DNA of 64,000 nt from a virus. The notes under the pieces were generated by a model. It made no database searches. It saw only the letters and a program-made list of their open reading frames with translations, and was not told the DNA's origin. Of this stretch, positions 36,931 to 48,934 are shown piece after piece. Made by a program: the position numbers and the translations under genes. The number at the start of each line of letters is the position of its first letter. The stretch's first letter is position 1. The stretch is from IMG/VR virus record IMGVR_UViG_3300045918_000214, positions 4,896 to 68,895 of that record. One strand, written 5' to 3'.

Positions 36931-37713
36931 ATGTCATATGTTTATTTGTTAAGATGGAAATTGACTGGTGTTTGGTATTATGGTAGAAGAACTGCACCTG
37001 GATGTTCTCCGAAAGAATTTTGGGTAAGTTACTTTACATCTTCAAAGTATGTAAAGAAATATATAGAAGAACATGGACAACCGGATATAATGCAAATCAG
37101 AAAAACATTCAATGACATCAAAGAATGTGAAAACTGGGAGCATAGATTTTTACTCAAAACAAATGCTCCAATGAACAAATTCTCTCTAAATAGATCATAT
37201 GCTACAGCCAAAATGAATTCTACTGGTATGGCCCCAGCCAAAAATTATTTAACTTCTGAAAGATTAGGATTGATTTCTCTTGATGACCCGAGGTGGAAAA
37301 CTGGGGAGATCGTTGGAGTTTTCAAAGATATAAAGAATGAAAAAATTAAAAAGTTAAAAGAAAACACAGTCCAAGCAAAAGATTTAACTGGTAAATTTCT
37401 AGGTAATGTTCACAAAACAGATCCAAGATGGAAAACTGGAGAAATTGTACATATTAGACAGGGAGAAACACAGGATCAAAAATCGAGAATCAAAAATAAA
37501 CTATCGAACCAAAATAGAATTACTATTATCACACCTGAAGGACAAATTTTAAAAATTTACAACGATCATCCACTTTATTTAGATGGTACCTACAAAGGTA
37601 TTTCTGCTGGTCGAGTTTGGGTAAATAATGGGATTAATAACAAAACAATAGAAAAAAGTAAATTAGATATTTTCATTTCCGATGGTTGGTTTAGAGGAAG
37701 AATTAAGAAATAA
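36931..37713 (+). mobile_element. GIY-YIG-like homing endonuclease in antisense orientation
   Basis: YVYLL...WYYGRR...YFTSS; twice-repeated DPRWKTGEIV; WVNNG..GWFRGR tail; AT-rich. Confidence 0.7.
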
Positions 37714-38749
37714 TTTTAATGTCTGTAAATTCTCTGTTAACAACACCATGATACTTTTCGTGTGTTTCCTCGGTACCGTACTTTCTAAAGGCATCTAGTG
37801 GAGTTTCATTTTCTAAAATATTAGTACTTGTACCGTAAACACCCCCTTTCCAGCTTCCTTTTTGCCGACCAGTTTCTTTGGCAAATTCAATGTCCATCTT
37901 ACGATAGAATCGTGGCTTGAAAATGTACCCCAGAAACTTACACCAGGAAGTACCTTGTCGATACATAGAAGTTTCAAGGTAGCATGTAGCTACATTTTCT
38001 TCGCCATCAAAATCCTTGAATGCAAATTTAATCTTTGGGAGTTTGTCCCTGATTGCATTCATAGAGTCAAAGTTAATTGAGCCGTTCTTATTGTCCTGAT
38101 ACCTAGCAAACAAAGTTCCATCTGGATTCAGATAATCAATGTACATCCGGCGCTGCTCATTCCATGGAAGAAAGATACACTTGGAGTGATCTGAATTTTT
38201 CTTATCAGTTGATGACCAGCAACCTGGTTGAATACCGTATCGAATATGAAGTGCATCTTTGTGAAGTGAGAATCCAAATTCCCGAACAATTGCATCCCAG
38301 TAACCCGAACCTGGTTTACCCCAGTCATATCTAGAAGTATCTATCCACTTCATTTTTGGTTTCAGAATCTCTGGTACTTGAAACCAATATGACCGATTGA
38401 AAAATGCTACATGAAGCAAATTCGGTTCGTCTTTGTAGTATTCTCGAGCAGTCTGAAGACCCAGAGCAAATTGCCACTCTTTAGATACATGAGCTTCTTT
38501 AAGTTTTAACATTTTTAGTTTCTTTAATTTTCGGTAGCATCTCTCTTACCGCTTGATAAACCGCGTCAAAATGTGCAAGATCATTAAAGGTGACTACTCC
38601 ATTTTCGGTAGAATCATTGCATTGGGCAAGTTGCAAATATGCACCTCCGCCATCATCTTCTACTGAAATATGTGTAGCATTTTCACCAAAAATAGGTGAT
38701 TCATCTTTTGTGTGAATAGAGATTTTGATCACCGTTGCGTAATATGTTG

Positions 38750-39175
38750 TCATTTAGTTTCCTGAGGCCAAAATATTTTGATGTGTTTATTCTTCTTGGC
38801 AGCGTAGTCGTGCGTATATCAGGTGCCACCAGACGTTTGGTGAGCCTTTTGGTATGGTACTACCAAAAGTATTTCCGTTTCATCTACGATGTTTCTGTTG
38901 CGTTCAAAGTAAGAGAATGGTTTTCGAGTTTCATCGGAGTTTACAAATGCTCGAAGATCTTCCTTGGTCGGAGGATGGCAGACAATTCTTATACCCAAAG
39001 AAGTTGCTAGTTCTGCTACATCTGCATCAGCTCCGACACAATCTCCGTGATGAAGTTCTATTGACTCATCTCGTTCGCGGCAGAATGTTACGCATTTATT
39101 CAGAAACTTGTATATAGCATCTACCTGAGTAGGTGTTGCACCTGACCTAGTTCCTGTTACACCAATTTTCACCAA
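38750..39175 (-). pseudogene. SLOG/YspA-like nucleotide-binding protein interrupted by an in-frame TGA at 38819-38821
   Basis: IGVTGTR, HHGDCVGAD, ERNRNIVD, SGGT*YTHDYA...IFWP; downstream stop overlaps the next ATG (ATGA). Confidence 0.6.
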
Positions 39176-41686
39176 TCTTCTCCTGCTTGTTCACAATAAA
39201 GCGATTCGACCTGTCTCTGTAAACTTTCAATCTCCGTTGCCGCTTCCTCAAGCAAATCTGCAATCCGATCTGGTTTACCTTCTTGTACAGACTTCCGTGA
39301 AGAGATCTGCCGCCGAATCTCGGCTCGTCTCTTCAGGCGGTAAACTAAATCTTGGTTTTCTTCAAGACCCTTTGGAATATATGGGCAGTGTATAGCGGAA
39401 AGCACATTGCCGTTTTTATCACGAGTTATGATTGATATGTAATCTTTAATCTCATAATAAGTTCCGCGATCAATAAGTTCTTTAGACATGGCGTGTTTGA
39501 CTGCATGTATAGCAAAGTTCTGTCATATCAGACATTAGCTTGTCACCACATGATCGACACCGCGTTGGTCCGAGGCTGTTTGCTTTGATGTTGTACTTGT
39601 GAATCTGATTCATAGCGGCTTCCCAGCCTTCTTGGAATGTTTGCCAATGATCTTCGAGTGTAGGATTGAAGTATTCACCAACTGAATTTCTTTCATAAGC
39701 AAATCTACCAACATTAGCACCAAAGTTGGGTGCAGAAATCCTTTCAAATTCTTGTCGCATCAATTCTTGAACAGATTGTGTTGACATATCAAACCTTTAC
39801 TAAAGCTGTTTCGCCAAAACCATATAAGTGTTTCCGGCCGGGCTCCATGAGGATTACTTCGGTTGACTGAGTTCCATTCTTGTCCCAATTTGTCTTGATC
39901 CAAGATTCTTCATCAAATATAACCGCGATAACAAATCCATCCGGAGTGCAATCGACCGATCGTACAGTAGCCAAAGCACCTCGAACCAAGAAATGAGCCG
40001 ATCCAGCCCAGCCACCTGGCATTGGATCTGGACGTTCTTTCAACATCACACGGTCACCTTCTTTGAATGGAGCAAAGCGATCCATGAGGTAATCATACGC
40101 ACCTGTGATTTCAGATACATAGTAAGAGCACGGACCCTTCTGAAGCAACATCTGTGCCTCAGTAATCTTTTCCATTGCCTTGGTGAAATTTTCAAATCTA
40201 TTCGTCGCCATTTGCTTCTTTCATTTCTTTCAACAATTGGATTGCATATTCATATCCAGACCAATTATCGACACCAGCATCTTCAAGACATGTGAGCCAC
40301 GTTAGATCATCTAACATATCTTCATATTCTTTTTTGCTGATCGTCACCATTTCTTGTTCAATAAGCATCATCTACTCCAAAATGTTTCAATAGTGCTTCC
40401 GAGGCAGTCGGACTTGCACATTTAGATTTTACCACACAAACTGCTTCAAGTACAATTTTATCTGCGAATACCTGAAGTGCTTTCTCAGAGAAAACATAGT
40501 ACACAGTGTCGGTTCGTTCTTCAACTTGCCGGCGATTCGCCCAGACATTAGCAAGTGACTTAATTTTTGGATTCATGATACCAACACAGCTTCCATTACT
40601 TTATCTTCGTCCAGAATTCGGATCGACCCAGCACCAGCATTTTTGAGTTGTTCTTCAAAACCCAAGTATACTGAGTGAGTATACATCGAAGCTCCGTAGG
40701 CATCTTCATGACAGTAGTAAGTTGAACCCGAGTCATTCAAGAAGGCATATATCTTGCCTTCTTTGGTAATCTTGGTAACACCAGAGCTGAGTTTCCAGGA
40801 ATTAGATCCTGCAAATCCGCCGTACCATGAAGCCATTACTTTTGTAACTTTGCCATTGTCGGGAGATTCAATCTCAACCAACATCCATTTGTCTGGGTAA
40901 TAATCAGCCATTTCTTTCACTCCTAAATTTTCGTATTGCCTTCATTACTGTGAACACAGCAATGTCAAGCTCTGTTGCTTCTCGTACATCATCTTCTGAA
41001 ATAGAACCGTGACGGTGGCCCGGGTCATCTTGCATTACCCAGATCTTTCCATCTTTCTTAGTACGAAGATATTCACCGGGAGAGACAATTCGTTCTAACC
41101 GGTGCAGTGTAACTTCGTCCTGTTCGCTCAGAGATAATTCTATATCTGAGTACACGGTTTCTGTATGTCGTAATCTCATTTGATTAATCCTTGTAGTCGA
41201 GCAATTTCTGCTTTAATTCTATTCTGTTCTTCTGTATCTTTAGATAGTAACATTTTCTTTGAGTATGCTACTGCCGCGGCACCTGGATCTTTGGCTTCAA
41301 TAATCTCAAGTGGAACAATCCAATCCTTCCAGGCATCTGGGTCACGTTCGGACACTGTGCAAATTCTGAATCCACCTTTTGTGTAGTCAATCTGAGTCAG
41401 TCGGTATCGTGGGGCAGTTCCATGGAGAATGTTGATCAATGGGTATAGGAATGATTCGATGTCATTTCGAGTATCCTCTGCTTTTTGAGTAGCATTCTTC
41501 CACTTTTCCATCAATTTTTCGAGCTTGTTCATTGCTTTTCCAATTTTTCTTTCAGAATGTTCCGTTCTATCTCTAGCTTTTTAGCAAGTCGCATAAGACA
41601 TAGATATGGAGCTGAAGTCAATTGTTCAAACTCTTGACGCATTTGGTCTAACTTATCACATTCAGGTGTAAGAGATTTGGTTTCCA

Positions 41687-42265
41687 TCATTGCTTTACCA
41701 TCAATTTCTTCCAGTTAAAGAATGACCAGACTGCGTTCACCCAGAAGAATCCATACAACACAGAGGTCAGATAAAGTTCACGACTCCAGAACAGAGGGAC
41801 GGACAGAGTATTCACAAGTACCCAGACTTTCCAGTTCTCAATCGAGCGTGACATCAACAGCATCTGCGCAACTATAGAGAACGTGAGTACCGTAGAATCG
41901 ATCCAGGGCGCATAAGCATTTGTGAATGAGTGTAGCATCCAACCGTACCCAATAGCGACAACTACGGCGATCCCAATTGACATGCTCAACCATACTCGAT
42001 CGGCCTTGTTTATTTCTAGTTCTTTTGTGACGGAAGTACCCTTAGATTTCCACATGACCCAGCCGTAAATTCCGGTGATCAAGAAGAATAGCTGCAGTGT
42101 GGCATCGGCATATAGCTGAACGTTGTAGAACATGATGCCGAAGAGAGCCGAGCCGACCAATCCAGTCCACCAGGTGTGAATTGAATTCCTACCTGCGAGA
42201 AAAATGCAGGCTACGGTAAAAAAGTTTGCCCATGCTTCGAGCGGTGTCCAAGTAAACCAAGTCAT
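41687..42265 (-). CDS. pnuC: PnuC nicotinamide riboside transporter
   Basis: Multi-TM; LYADATLQ, PWIDS, AQMLL.RSIENW..W..VN. Confidence 0.9.
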   Translation of the reverse strand: MTWFTWTPLEAWANFFTVACIFLAGRNSIHTWWTGLVGSALFGIMFYNVQLYADATLQLFFLITGIYGWVMWKSKGTSVTKELEINKADRVWLSMSIGIAVVVAIGYGWMLHSFTNAYAPWIDSTVLTFSIVAQMLLMSRSIENWKVWVLVNTLSVPLFWSRELYLTSVLYGFFWVNAVWSFFNWKKLMVKQ

Positions 42266-43225
42266 ATCTAACTCCTAGATTTGTTAATGATGTGTCTATT
42301 CTATCACAAAGAAGAATATGTGTAAAATTTTTATGGAAGTTGTAGAACGAGAGTAATCTCGGATCCAACTCCCATACCGTAATCTGCAAGCGTGTGCAGA
42401 ACATCCGATACTCGATACTTCACTCCGAGTATATAGCAGGTTTCTCCTATATGAGGCACAGATTGCACAACTACTGAGGTGCAAGAACCATCTGGGAGTA
42501 GAATTTCGATTTCGATTTTTTTCATACGAATTTGATGCGCCAAAAAGTACGCCACATACGAGCAGCAGTGGTGAGATGGAGAGACAATGTTCCCATCATC
42601 AGGCGCCGCTTACGGAACATTCCGAATGGTTTGGCTTTTGGCTGATTCTTCAGCAGCTTATTTGCCGTTCTTTCATACGACGAGTATTTGATGTACTGAG
42701 ATGAAATAAGTCTCATACTTGTCCATTCAATTTGTTGATTTCTAGTGACACAGTTTGCACCAGCTGATAACTTGAGATAACATTTCCATCGAGCAATTTC
42801 TGACCCATGACCAAAAGCAATTCTTTATTGTCTTTGGTTGCGCCGATTGCTTTATCACCTGTGTTCATAAGAACCTGAGTTCCAGAACCAGGGTAGGTGA
42901 TGATCAAATAATAGTAAACTTGAGGTACCACAAATTTGTATGTACTTACGGGACCACAGACGTGAGCGAAGTCACCAGTACCGCCATCGTCATATCCACA
43001 CTTGTCACATTTCATAAAAATCCCGGATTCGTAGGTAAAAATTCAGTTGCCGCATCAAGTTCTTTGTATTTGCCGAGATCGCATCCGTCCGACGAATCCA
43101 TGTCTATACAAACAAGTTTATCGGCACCAAAATTCGTATTGTTATTGGAGGCAAGCCAAGGCGGCAGCATAATCTTACAGTAGCCGTAGCCGTCTGTGAT
43201 CTCGGCCGCACAAAATCTACAGTAC

Positions 43226-43624
43226 TTACAACTTACCATTTTCTTTAACCCAATTTGCAAATTTCATATCTTCGTGGTCCAAATGCGACAAAAACTTTTC
43301 TTCAAAATCAGTAATGAAATTATGAGAAAAGTAAGGCGATTTATGTAATGAAGCCGCAAGAGTATTCAGATTCTTGATGATCTGACCGTGCTGCTCACAG
43401 TGATATTCGATATAAGGATAGTCGTGAGCTACCATGAGTTCACGCTCGGTCTTACAGTGCCGATACATCATAAGCTTTAGCTCTGTAACCAACTTCTCTG
43501 CGGCCAATTTATCTGCTTCTTTAAGACAGACGATCAAGTTGTCCAGTGTTGTGAACAGCTGAAGATGCTCGGCATCCATTTGATGGAAACCGGTGATGTA
43601 ATGGACGAAGCGTTCGGGTGACAT
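43226..43624 (-). CDS. bacteriohemerythrin
   Basis: TG...MDAEH..LF, H...E..LM...YP....H...H, H...ED iron-ligand pattern. Confidence 0.8.
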   Translation of the reverse strand: MSPERFVHYITGFHQMDAEHLQLFTTLDNLIVCLKEADKLAAEKLVTELKLMMYRHCKTERELMVAHDYPYIEYHCEQHGQIIKNLNTLAASLHKSPYFSHNFITDFEEKFLSHLDHEDMKFANWVKENGKL

Positions 43625-45533
43625 GATTACTCATCCCGATTCATGTCTTCAAACACAGAGATAACGATATACAGTGGAATATCAAGATCCTCTGCAATTT
43701 GCTTAGCAGTTAAACCTTCACCATACAGATCCATGATGAGAAGGTGGAGTTCGGACATACGGCTCATGATTTTTCCTTGTTTCAATGATTCATTATAAAC
43801 CACCGAGGAATATGTGTAAATTAAATGTCCATTGCACACTGATGTGTGGCATCGTGGTCACAGTCGCATAGACTGGTGTGATCACCGAAGATTTCCTCAC
43901 GGTACGGGCATGTATGCTTCTTAACGGAAGTACGCTTTTCCTTCTTGCCGAAGATTCGGTCCCAACCGTCCACATATGCTTCTTGGTCTGCACTTTTACG
44001 GGGAGCATCCCCTTTACCTGCTTCTCTGCTCATTTTCTCATTCCTTAATATTCAATGTTTCCAAGACGATCCCAAGTTTTTACGCCACGTGGCTTTGCTT
44101 GCATAATCAAAATCGGCTTCATCTTGTATTGCTTATTCTTCACCTGGTCAAGCTTGACATACGGATTCATTTCCCACTGATTTACTTTGTTATAGTTCTT
44201 CGTCAAACGAGCAACTTCTTCTGCCGGCATTTGATAATCCCAGTCTTTACGATCTTGGCAATCTTGGAGCCGACACATCTCAAGCCAATGCTCAAGAGAT
44301 TGCTTCACAAGATCTTGGCGAATTAACTTTGGGTCAATTTCCATCCAGTCGCCGACCATGCCATTCCACAACTTGATGTCAGGATTACCTGGCAGTGCAT
44401 TCAGCAGAGCGATAAGTTTAGATTTTTTCATTTTTCAGCTTTTTGATTTGCATTTCGATTGTGTGGATCTGAAGATCCTTGAAGGACCAGAGATGTTTCT
44501 TAGAAACAATCTTCACTCCATTCTTAAGACCATTGATTGCCATATTGAAAGAAGTATTGACGGCTCCAAAGCTACCGTAGTACTTTTTGTCACCGGTGAC
44601 CGGATCAACATCTGGGAGTGCATCAAACTCAACCCATGCATTAGGATCCAAACAGCGTGCAAGAGCATGAATATCCCAGTGGGTATATCCACCAATTGGC
44701 TTTTTCTCTTTATCAAAGTAAAACATGATTACAGCAAGTTCAAAAGGGCACGTTCTTCAGTGGTAAGCTTATTCAGAGCAGTCTGACGAGCCAACCGTTT
44801 ACGTTCTTGTTCACGAGCCGCATCTTCCTTTTCACGGACTACAAACTCGAGGTTATCGAGATTCCAATCATCATCCGTTGAAAATTCAAGTCCAACTACA
44901 TAGACATCATAGTCGCGGTCATCCCGGTCATACACACGGAAGTACATTCCATCAACTGCCAACTCAAAGTTGCAATTCTGAGCACGTTGGAGTAAAGCCA
45001 TCAAACGTACTGGATAATTGCGACACTGTTCGACGAGCGAACGGCCGCGTTCTTCCGATTCACGGACTTCACGTTGAGCTTTTGTTTCTTTAGCCATAAT
45101 AAAAATTCCTGAGTTAAACTACTTCGGATTCAAGGAAGAGATTGTCCATGGTAACATCATCGAGTAACATAATAGATCCGTCAGAAAAGACTATAATATA
45201 TTCGTCACAGCAAAGTTGTATAGATTCTACACGTTTGAAGAAACCAGTCTCATTCTTAATATAATCTCCAACATAAACGGTAACCATAGCCATTTCAATT
45301 CCTTTGAGTTTCGATATGAGTCTATTATACTACACTCAGAATTATGTGTACATTAATTCCAGTTGACAATTGTCCCGGGTTCTGAGGCCTTTACAGTCAG
45401 CTGATCGTACCGCTTCTCGAGCATTTCTACATCGAGAATGTCTTGTGGATCATGAGCCTTGATGTACTCATCCAATGTTGGTGGAGTTGGGAAAATAGCC
45501 TTGAGAATGTTTTGAAAGTTCATTTTGATTTCC

Positions 45534-46091
45534 TTAGTTTGCACCGTGGTGGCCAACTTTTGGCTTCACAGTCTTCATGTGTTGTTTTACTTCATCCCAT
45601 GTCCATGGCATCATGTCCGCTGGGTTCCTATTGTCAATTCCTACATCCAGAATCTGACCTTCGGTCTTGAAAGATCCGTGACAGTGTCCGTGCAGGTGGA
45701 ATGATCGTTCTTCGTCTTCCCAATGAGCCAGAGGGAAGTGACACAGTACGACCGTTTGCTTTTCAATTGTGATAGTTCTCATTGTAGAAACGGAGGTACA
45801 CAGATCTTTCAGATCTTGATTCTTACGAATGTTGTGGTCGTGGTTGCCCAGAATCAGGTGATGTTCGACTCCGGTCGCTCGAATGCGGTTCAGAGCCTTC
45901 TCACAGAAACTCACACCCTGGAATGCTACGTCACCCAGATTGTACAGAACGTCACCTGGACGCAGAGTATTTTCTAGGTTGCTCAGGATGCGCTCGGACA
46001 TATCTTCCCAATCCGAACCGTGGCGAGTGGTGGGACAGAATTCTTGGATTCGTCGGTGGTAAATGTGCAGGTCAGATGTAAAGTAAATCAT
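45534..46091 (-). CDS. calcineurin-like metallophosphoesterase
   Basis: TSDLH, LGD, GNHD, HFP, HGHCH. Confidence 0.85.
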   Translation of the reverse strand: MIYFTSDLHIYHRRIQEFCPTTRHGSDWEDMSERILSNLENTLRPGDVLYNLGDVAFQGVSFCEKALNRIRATGVEHHLILGNHDHNIRKNQDLKDLCTSVSTMRTITIEKQTVVLCHFPLAHWEDEERSFHLHGHCHGSFKTEGQILDVGIDNRNPADMMPWTWDEVKQHMKTVKPKVGHHGAN

Positions 46092-46579
46092 TTTTCAGCA
46101 ATCATAATTTTGTAAAAGCCCTCATCTAGTGTAGGTACTTCATATGAGGCAATCATAGAATCCAAAACGTATTTTGGAATAGTTTTTCCTGGTCGTGAAG
46201 CCAGACGTTTTTGAAGTTCTTCGACTTCGGGTGTTTCAAAGAGCACGGCAATCACGCGATAACCGACCAAGTTCTTGATCTTGTTGGCACGAGACTTCTT
46301 GGACATGTTGGTTTGATCCCAGACAAAATCCTGCTCTGTGAACTGGAAGTGCATTACTTCGTCGATCATACGAGAGGTTGCTTCCTTGATGTTAGGCAAG
46401 AATGCATCGTTGTATGAAATGCCTTGTTCAGCAGCAAACTGGTCAATATACTTGTCAGTTGAGGCACAGCCGAGCTCTGGGTGGTTCTTAAGTACCCAAG
46501 TAGTTTTTCCAGCGCCAGGACAACCAATAAGCATATAGCAAATTGGTGGGTTTAGTTTCATGTTTTCAAAATCAGTCAT
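46088..46579 (-). CDS. AAA_33 / polynucleotide kinase-like P-loop kinase
   Basis: GCPGAGKTT, STD, DQTN...R, R...RPGK.IP. Confidence 0.8.
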   Translation of the reverse strand: MTDFENMKLNPPICYMLIGCPGAGKTTWVLKNHPELGCASTDKYIDQFAAEQGISYNDAFLPNIKEATSRMIDEVMHFQFTEQDFVWDQTNMSKKSRANKIKNLVGYRVIAVLFETPEVEELQKRLASRPGKTIPKYVLDSMIASYEVPTLDEGFYKIMIAEK

Positions 46580-47471
46580 TCCATTGCTCCAATCTCTACA
46601 GTTAGTGCATTGCGCAGCACTTGAGCGGTAAGCGGATCGACACTTGCGAGGTGCATGACCAATTCCGCAATCTCCAAGCTCTTCATCTCGGTCAGTGCGA
46701 CAACGATTTCAATTTGTTTGAGAGAGAGCATCTTATTCCTTTGTGTTCGGTGTAGATCAATTATACTACACGAAGGAATATGTGTAAATTATTCCTTCTT
46801 GGGCTCTTCTAAGTTAGCACCTTGCCAACCCCACGAGGTTGAGCACATCTCTGCCAGCATATCACACGACTTAGCATATCGTTCCATCAGATCGGTCATG
46901 AGAGTGTACTCATGCCATGCTTCTTTTGTGTTAACTTTGGCTAGAGTTACTAGGTAATTTTCGTTCATTCTACATTCTTTCTGATGCATTGCATCTTTTG
47001 TTCTGGAGTCCAAGATTCAAATCCATTATCCTCATCATGTAGCTTAAAGAATTCGTCATAAGAAATTTCACGGTGTCCGACCAACACTTCACCAAGATGT
47101 TTTTGTGAGAATTCGTCATCCAATTCTCTCAGTTCTACATCTGCCAAAGTGAATTCGGTCTTGTCATCTGGAACTTCCAGAACATACCGAATACGAAACT
47201 GGGACAGAGTTTCGACCATGATCAATTTAGACATTTCGTTTCCTTTTTTCAACATTCAACACAAAATTTTCAACGGCAAGTTTAGTTGCGGCAGCCAATA
47301 GAATCATTTCACGATCTTCTGGGTCGTTCCCGAGATAGGTCTCAAGTATCTTTGAAGCGACAAGAGAGTAAGCTATGTTCTCATCTACCTCGAGCAGGCC
47401 AAAGTCAATAGGATCTTCCGATTCTATATCTTGAGCCAACTTCACAATTTGTCCGACTAGATCAAGTTTTT

Positions 47472-47618
47472 TCATTTCTTACTCAATGTAATAGTTTCGC
47501 CTTCAATCTTCCAAACTAGGACATCATCCAAAGCCCAGTCGAGTTCGGCCACAAGTTCTTTGGGGAACTCAATTACAAGTTCCCCATCTACTTCTTGCAC
47601 TTCAAGTGTGTATTTCAT
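47472..47618 (-). CDS. AbrB/MazE-like small DNA-binding protein
   Basis: Manual translation MKYTLEVQEVDGELVIEFPKELVAELDWALDDVLVWKIEGETITLSKK. Confidence 0.55.
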   Translation of the reverse strand: MKYTLEVQEVDGELVIEFPKELVAELDWALDDVLVWKIEGETITLSKK

Positions 47619-48271
47619 TCTGATACCGCCAACATAATTTCTTTGTCATATTTATGCTGAGTACTGATTACCTTCGTTGCATACACAGGAGCCTGTCCGA
47701 CAGAACCATTGTACCGAAGTAGAGTTTCTACTGTTGTTTTTGACATATCCATATACTCGCGTACGATTTGCGCGCCTACCATGATGTTATGCTTTGGATC
47801 AAACAGAGCAGCTTGAGTCGTCTTTTCTTTATGGTAAGTTGGAATGATCTGAAGTAGTCCGATGGCACCAAAAGGTGAGACTGCTTTATAGTTGAATCCA
47901 GATTCCGTAGCCATGACAGAAAGTAGTAGTGTAGGATCTAATGAGTATTTTGCAGATGCTTCATAGATCCAAACTGCATATTTCTTTGCAACACCTGGTT
48001 CTACATTACCATCTCGGGCAATAATATATGCAGTCTTGTCTAGGATCAATCCTTCGTTTATTGCTACTGATTCTGCTGGTTTGCTTTGAAGATAAAGCAC
48101 TTGTTCACGGATCACATTTAGATACAAGGCACCGGTCAATAGCGAGATTGCCAGTACAAAGTAAATTACATACTTAATGTATTTGAAGGTTTGAGATTCT
48201 GCTATTTTTGGAATTGCTCCGAATGGATTCTTAATTTTGAGTCGAGGTAAGTTGTTTGATTTCAGTTTCAT
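47615..48271 (-). CDS. membrane-anchored lytic transglycosylase (SLT domain)
   Basis: TM helix; ATESGF...AVS..GAIGLLQI...LLRYNG. Confidence 0.85.
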   Translation of the reverse strand: MKLKSNNLPRLKIKNPFGAIPKIAESQTFKYIKYVIYFVLAISLLTGALYLNVIREQVLYLQSKPAESVAINEGLILDKTAYIIARDGNVEPGVAKKYAVWIYEASAKYSLDPTLLLSVMATESGFNYKAVSPFGAIGLLQIIPTYHKEKTTQAALFDPKHNIMVGAQIVREYMDMSKTTVETLLRYNGSVGQAPVYATKVISTQHKYDKEIMLAVSE

Positions 48272-48456
48272 TTTCGTATCGTATCGAGTTGGTATCAATT
48301 TCTCCATACTCATCGACGAAAAAGCGAATTCTTTCCCCATCGATGATAGCAAGGCCATAGCCGTCCTCATCAATTCCATAGGTAAAATTAGAATCGCGTA
48401 TATAAAGAATTTTCTTTATAGTACAAAAGGGGACGTCATAGATTGATTTTATCATA

Positions 48457-48786
48457 TCAGAATAGCAATTTTCTTGCGGTAATTACTGACATATTTTTAG
48501 AAGAAGCAATATTCAAAATTACTATGTTCATTTTGAATTCGGATAGAGGTTTTATTTCTAAGCAATCACAAAGCGCATAATATACAACAGTAGCAGTCCT
48601 TTTGTTACCGTCTGAAAATGCATGATTCTTCGTAATACCTAGCACTACAGAAGCAATCTGATCCTTAACATCTCTATAATAGTGCCAAGAAGAAATGGCC
48701 GAACCCACGAGAGATTTATTTAGGATTGAATACCCTAAATTCTTATTAATCTCTATTATTGTAGATTCGGTTAAAAATTCAAGCAT
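48457..48786 (-). CDS. Doc/Fic-family protein
   Basis: HAFSDGNKRTA Fic/Doc motif. Confidence 0.8.
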   Translation of the reverse strand: MLEFLTESTIIEINKNLGYSILNKSLVGSAISSWHYYRDVKDQIASVVLGITKNHAFSDGNKRTATVVYYALCDCLEIKPLSEFKMNIVILNIASSKNMSVITARKLLF

Positions 48787-48910
48787 CTTTTAACTTATCA
48801 AGCAATGCTTTGTGAAGTTTGATTTGTTTTAAAGCAGAAGATAAAAATTTTTCTTTTGTAATTTTTTTCTTTTCCGCTATCGGTTGTGTTAACTGTTTAG
48901 TTTTGATCAT
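48779..48910 (-). CDS. 43-aa putative Phd-like antitoxin
   Basis: Manual translation ending ALKQIKLHKALLDKLKDA; overlaps the doc start. Confidence 0.5.
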   Translation of the reverse strand: MIKTKQLTQPIAEKKKITKEKFLSSALKQIKLHKALLDKLKDA

Positions 48911-48934
48911 AAAATTTCCTTTATGTTGATTCTA

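Larger units (their letters stand above)
31847..47475 (-). other. early/accessory region of >40 small, mostly hypothetical ORFs in cassettes headed by a repeated sigma70-type promoter
   Basis: Dense overlapping ORFs; TTTACACATATT...TA(T/G)AAT copies near 32779-32807, 35269-35297, 42298-42326, 43792-43820, 46760-46788. Confidence 0.7.

Noticed and set aside
38819-38821. Genome-wide TGA or TAG recoding
   Set aside because: Many genes end in TGA or TAG with tight ATGA overlaps, core genes are uninterrupted in code 11, and no UCA or CUA anticodon tRNA was found
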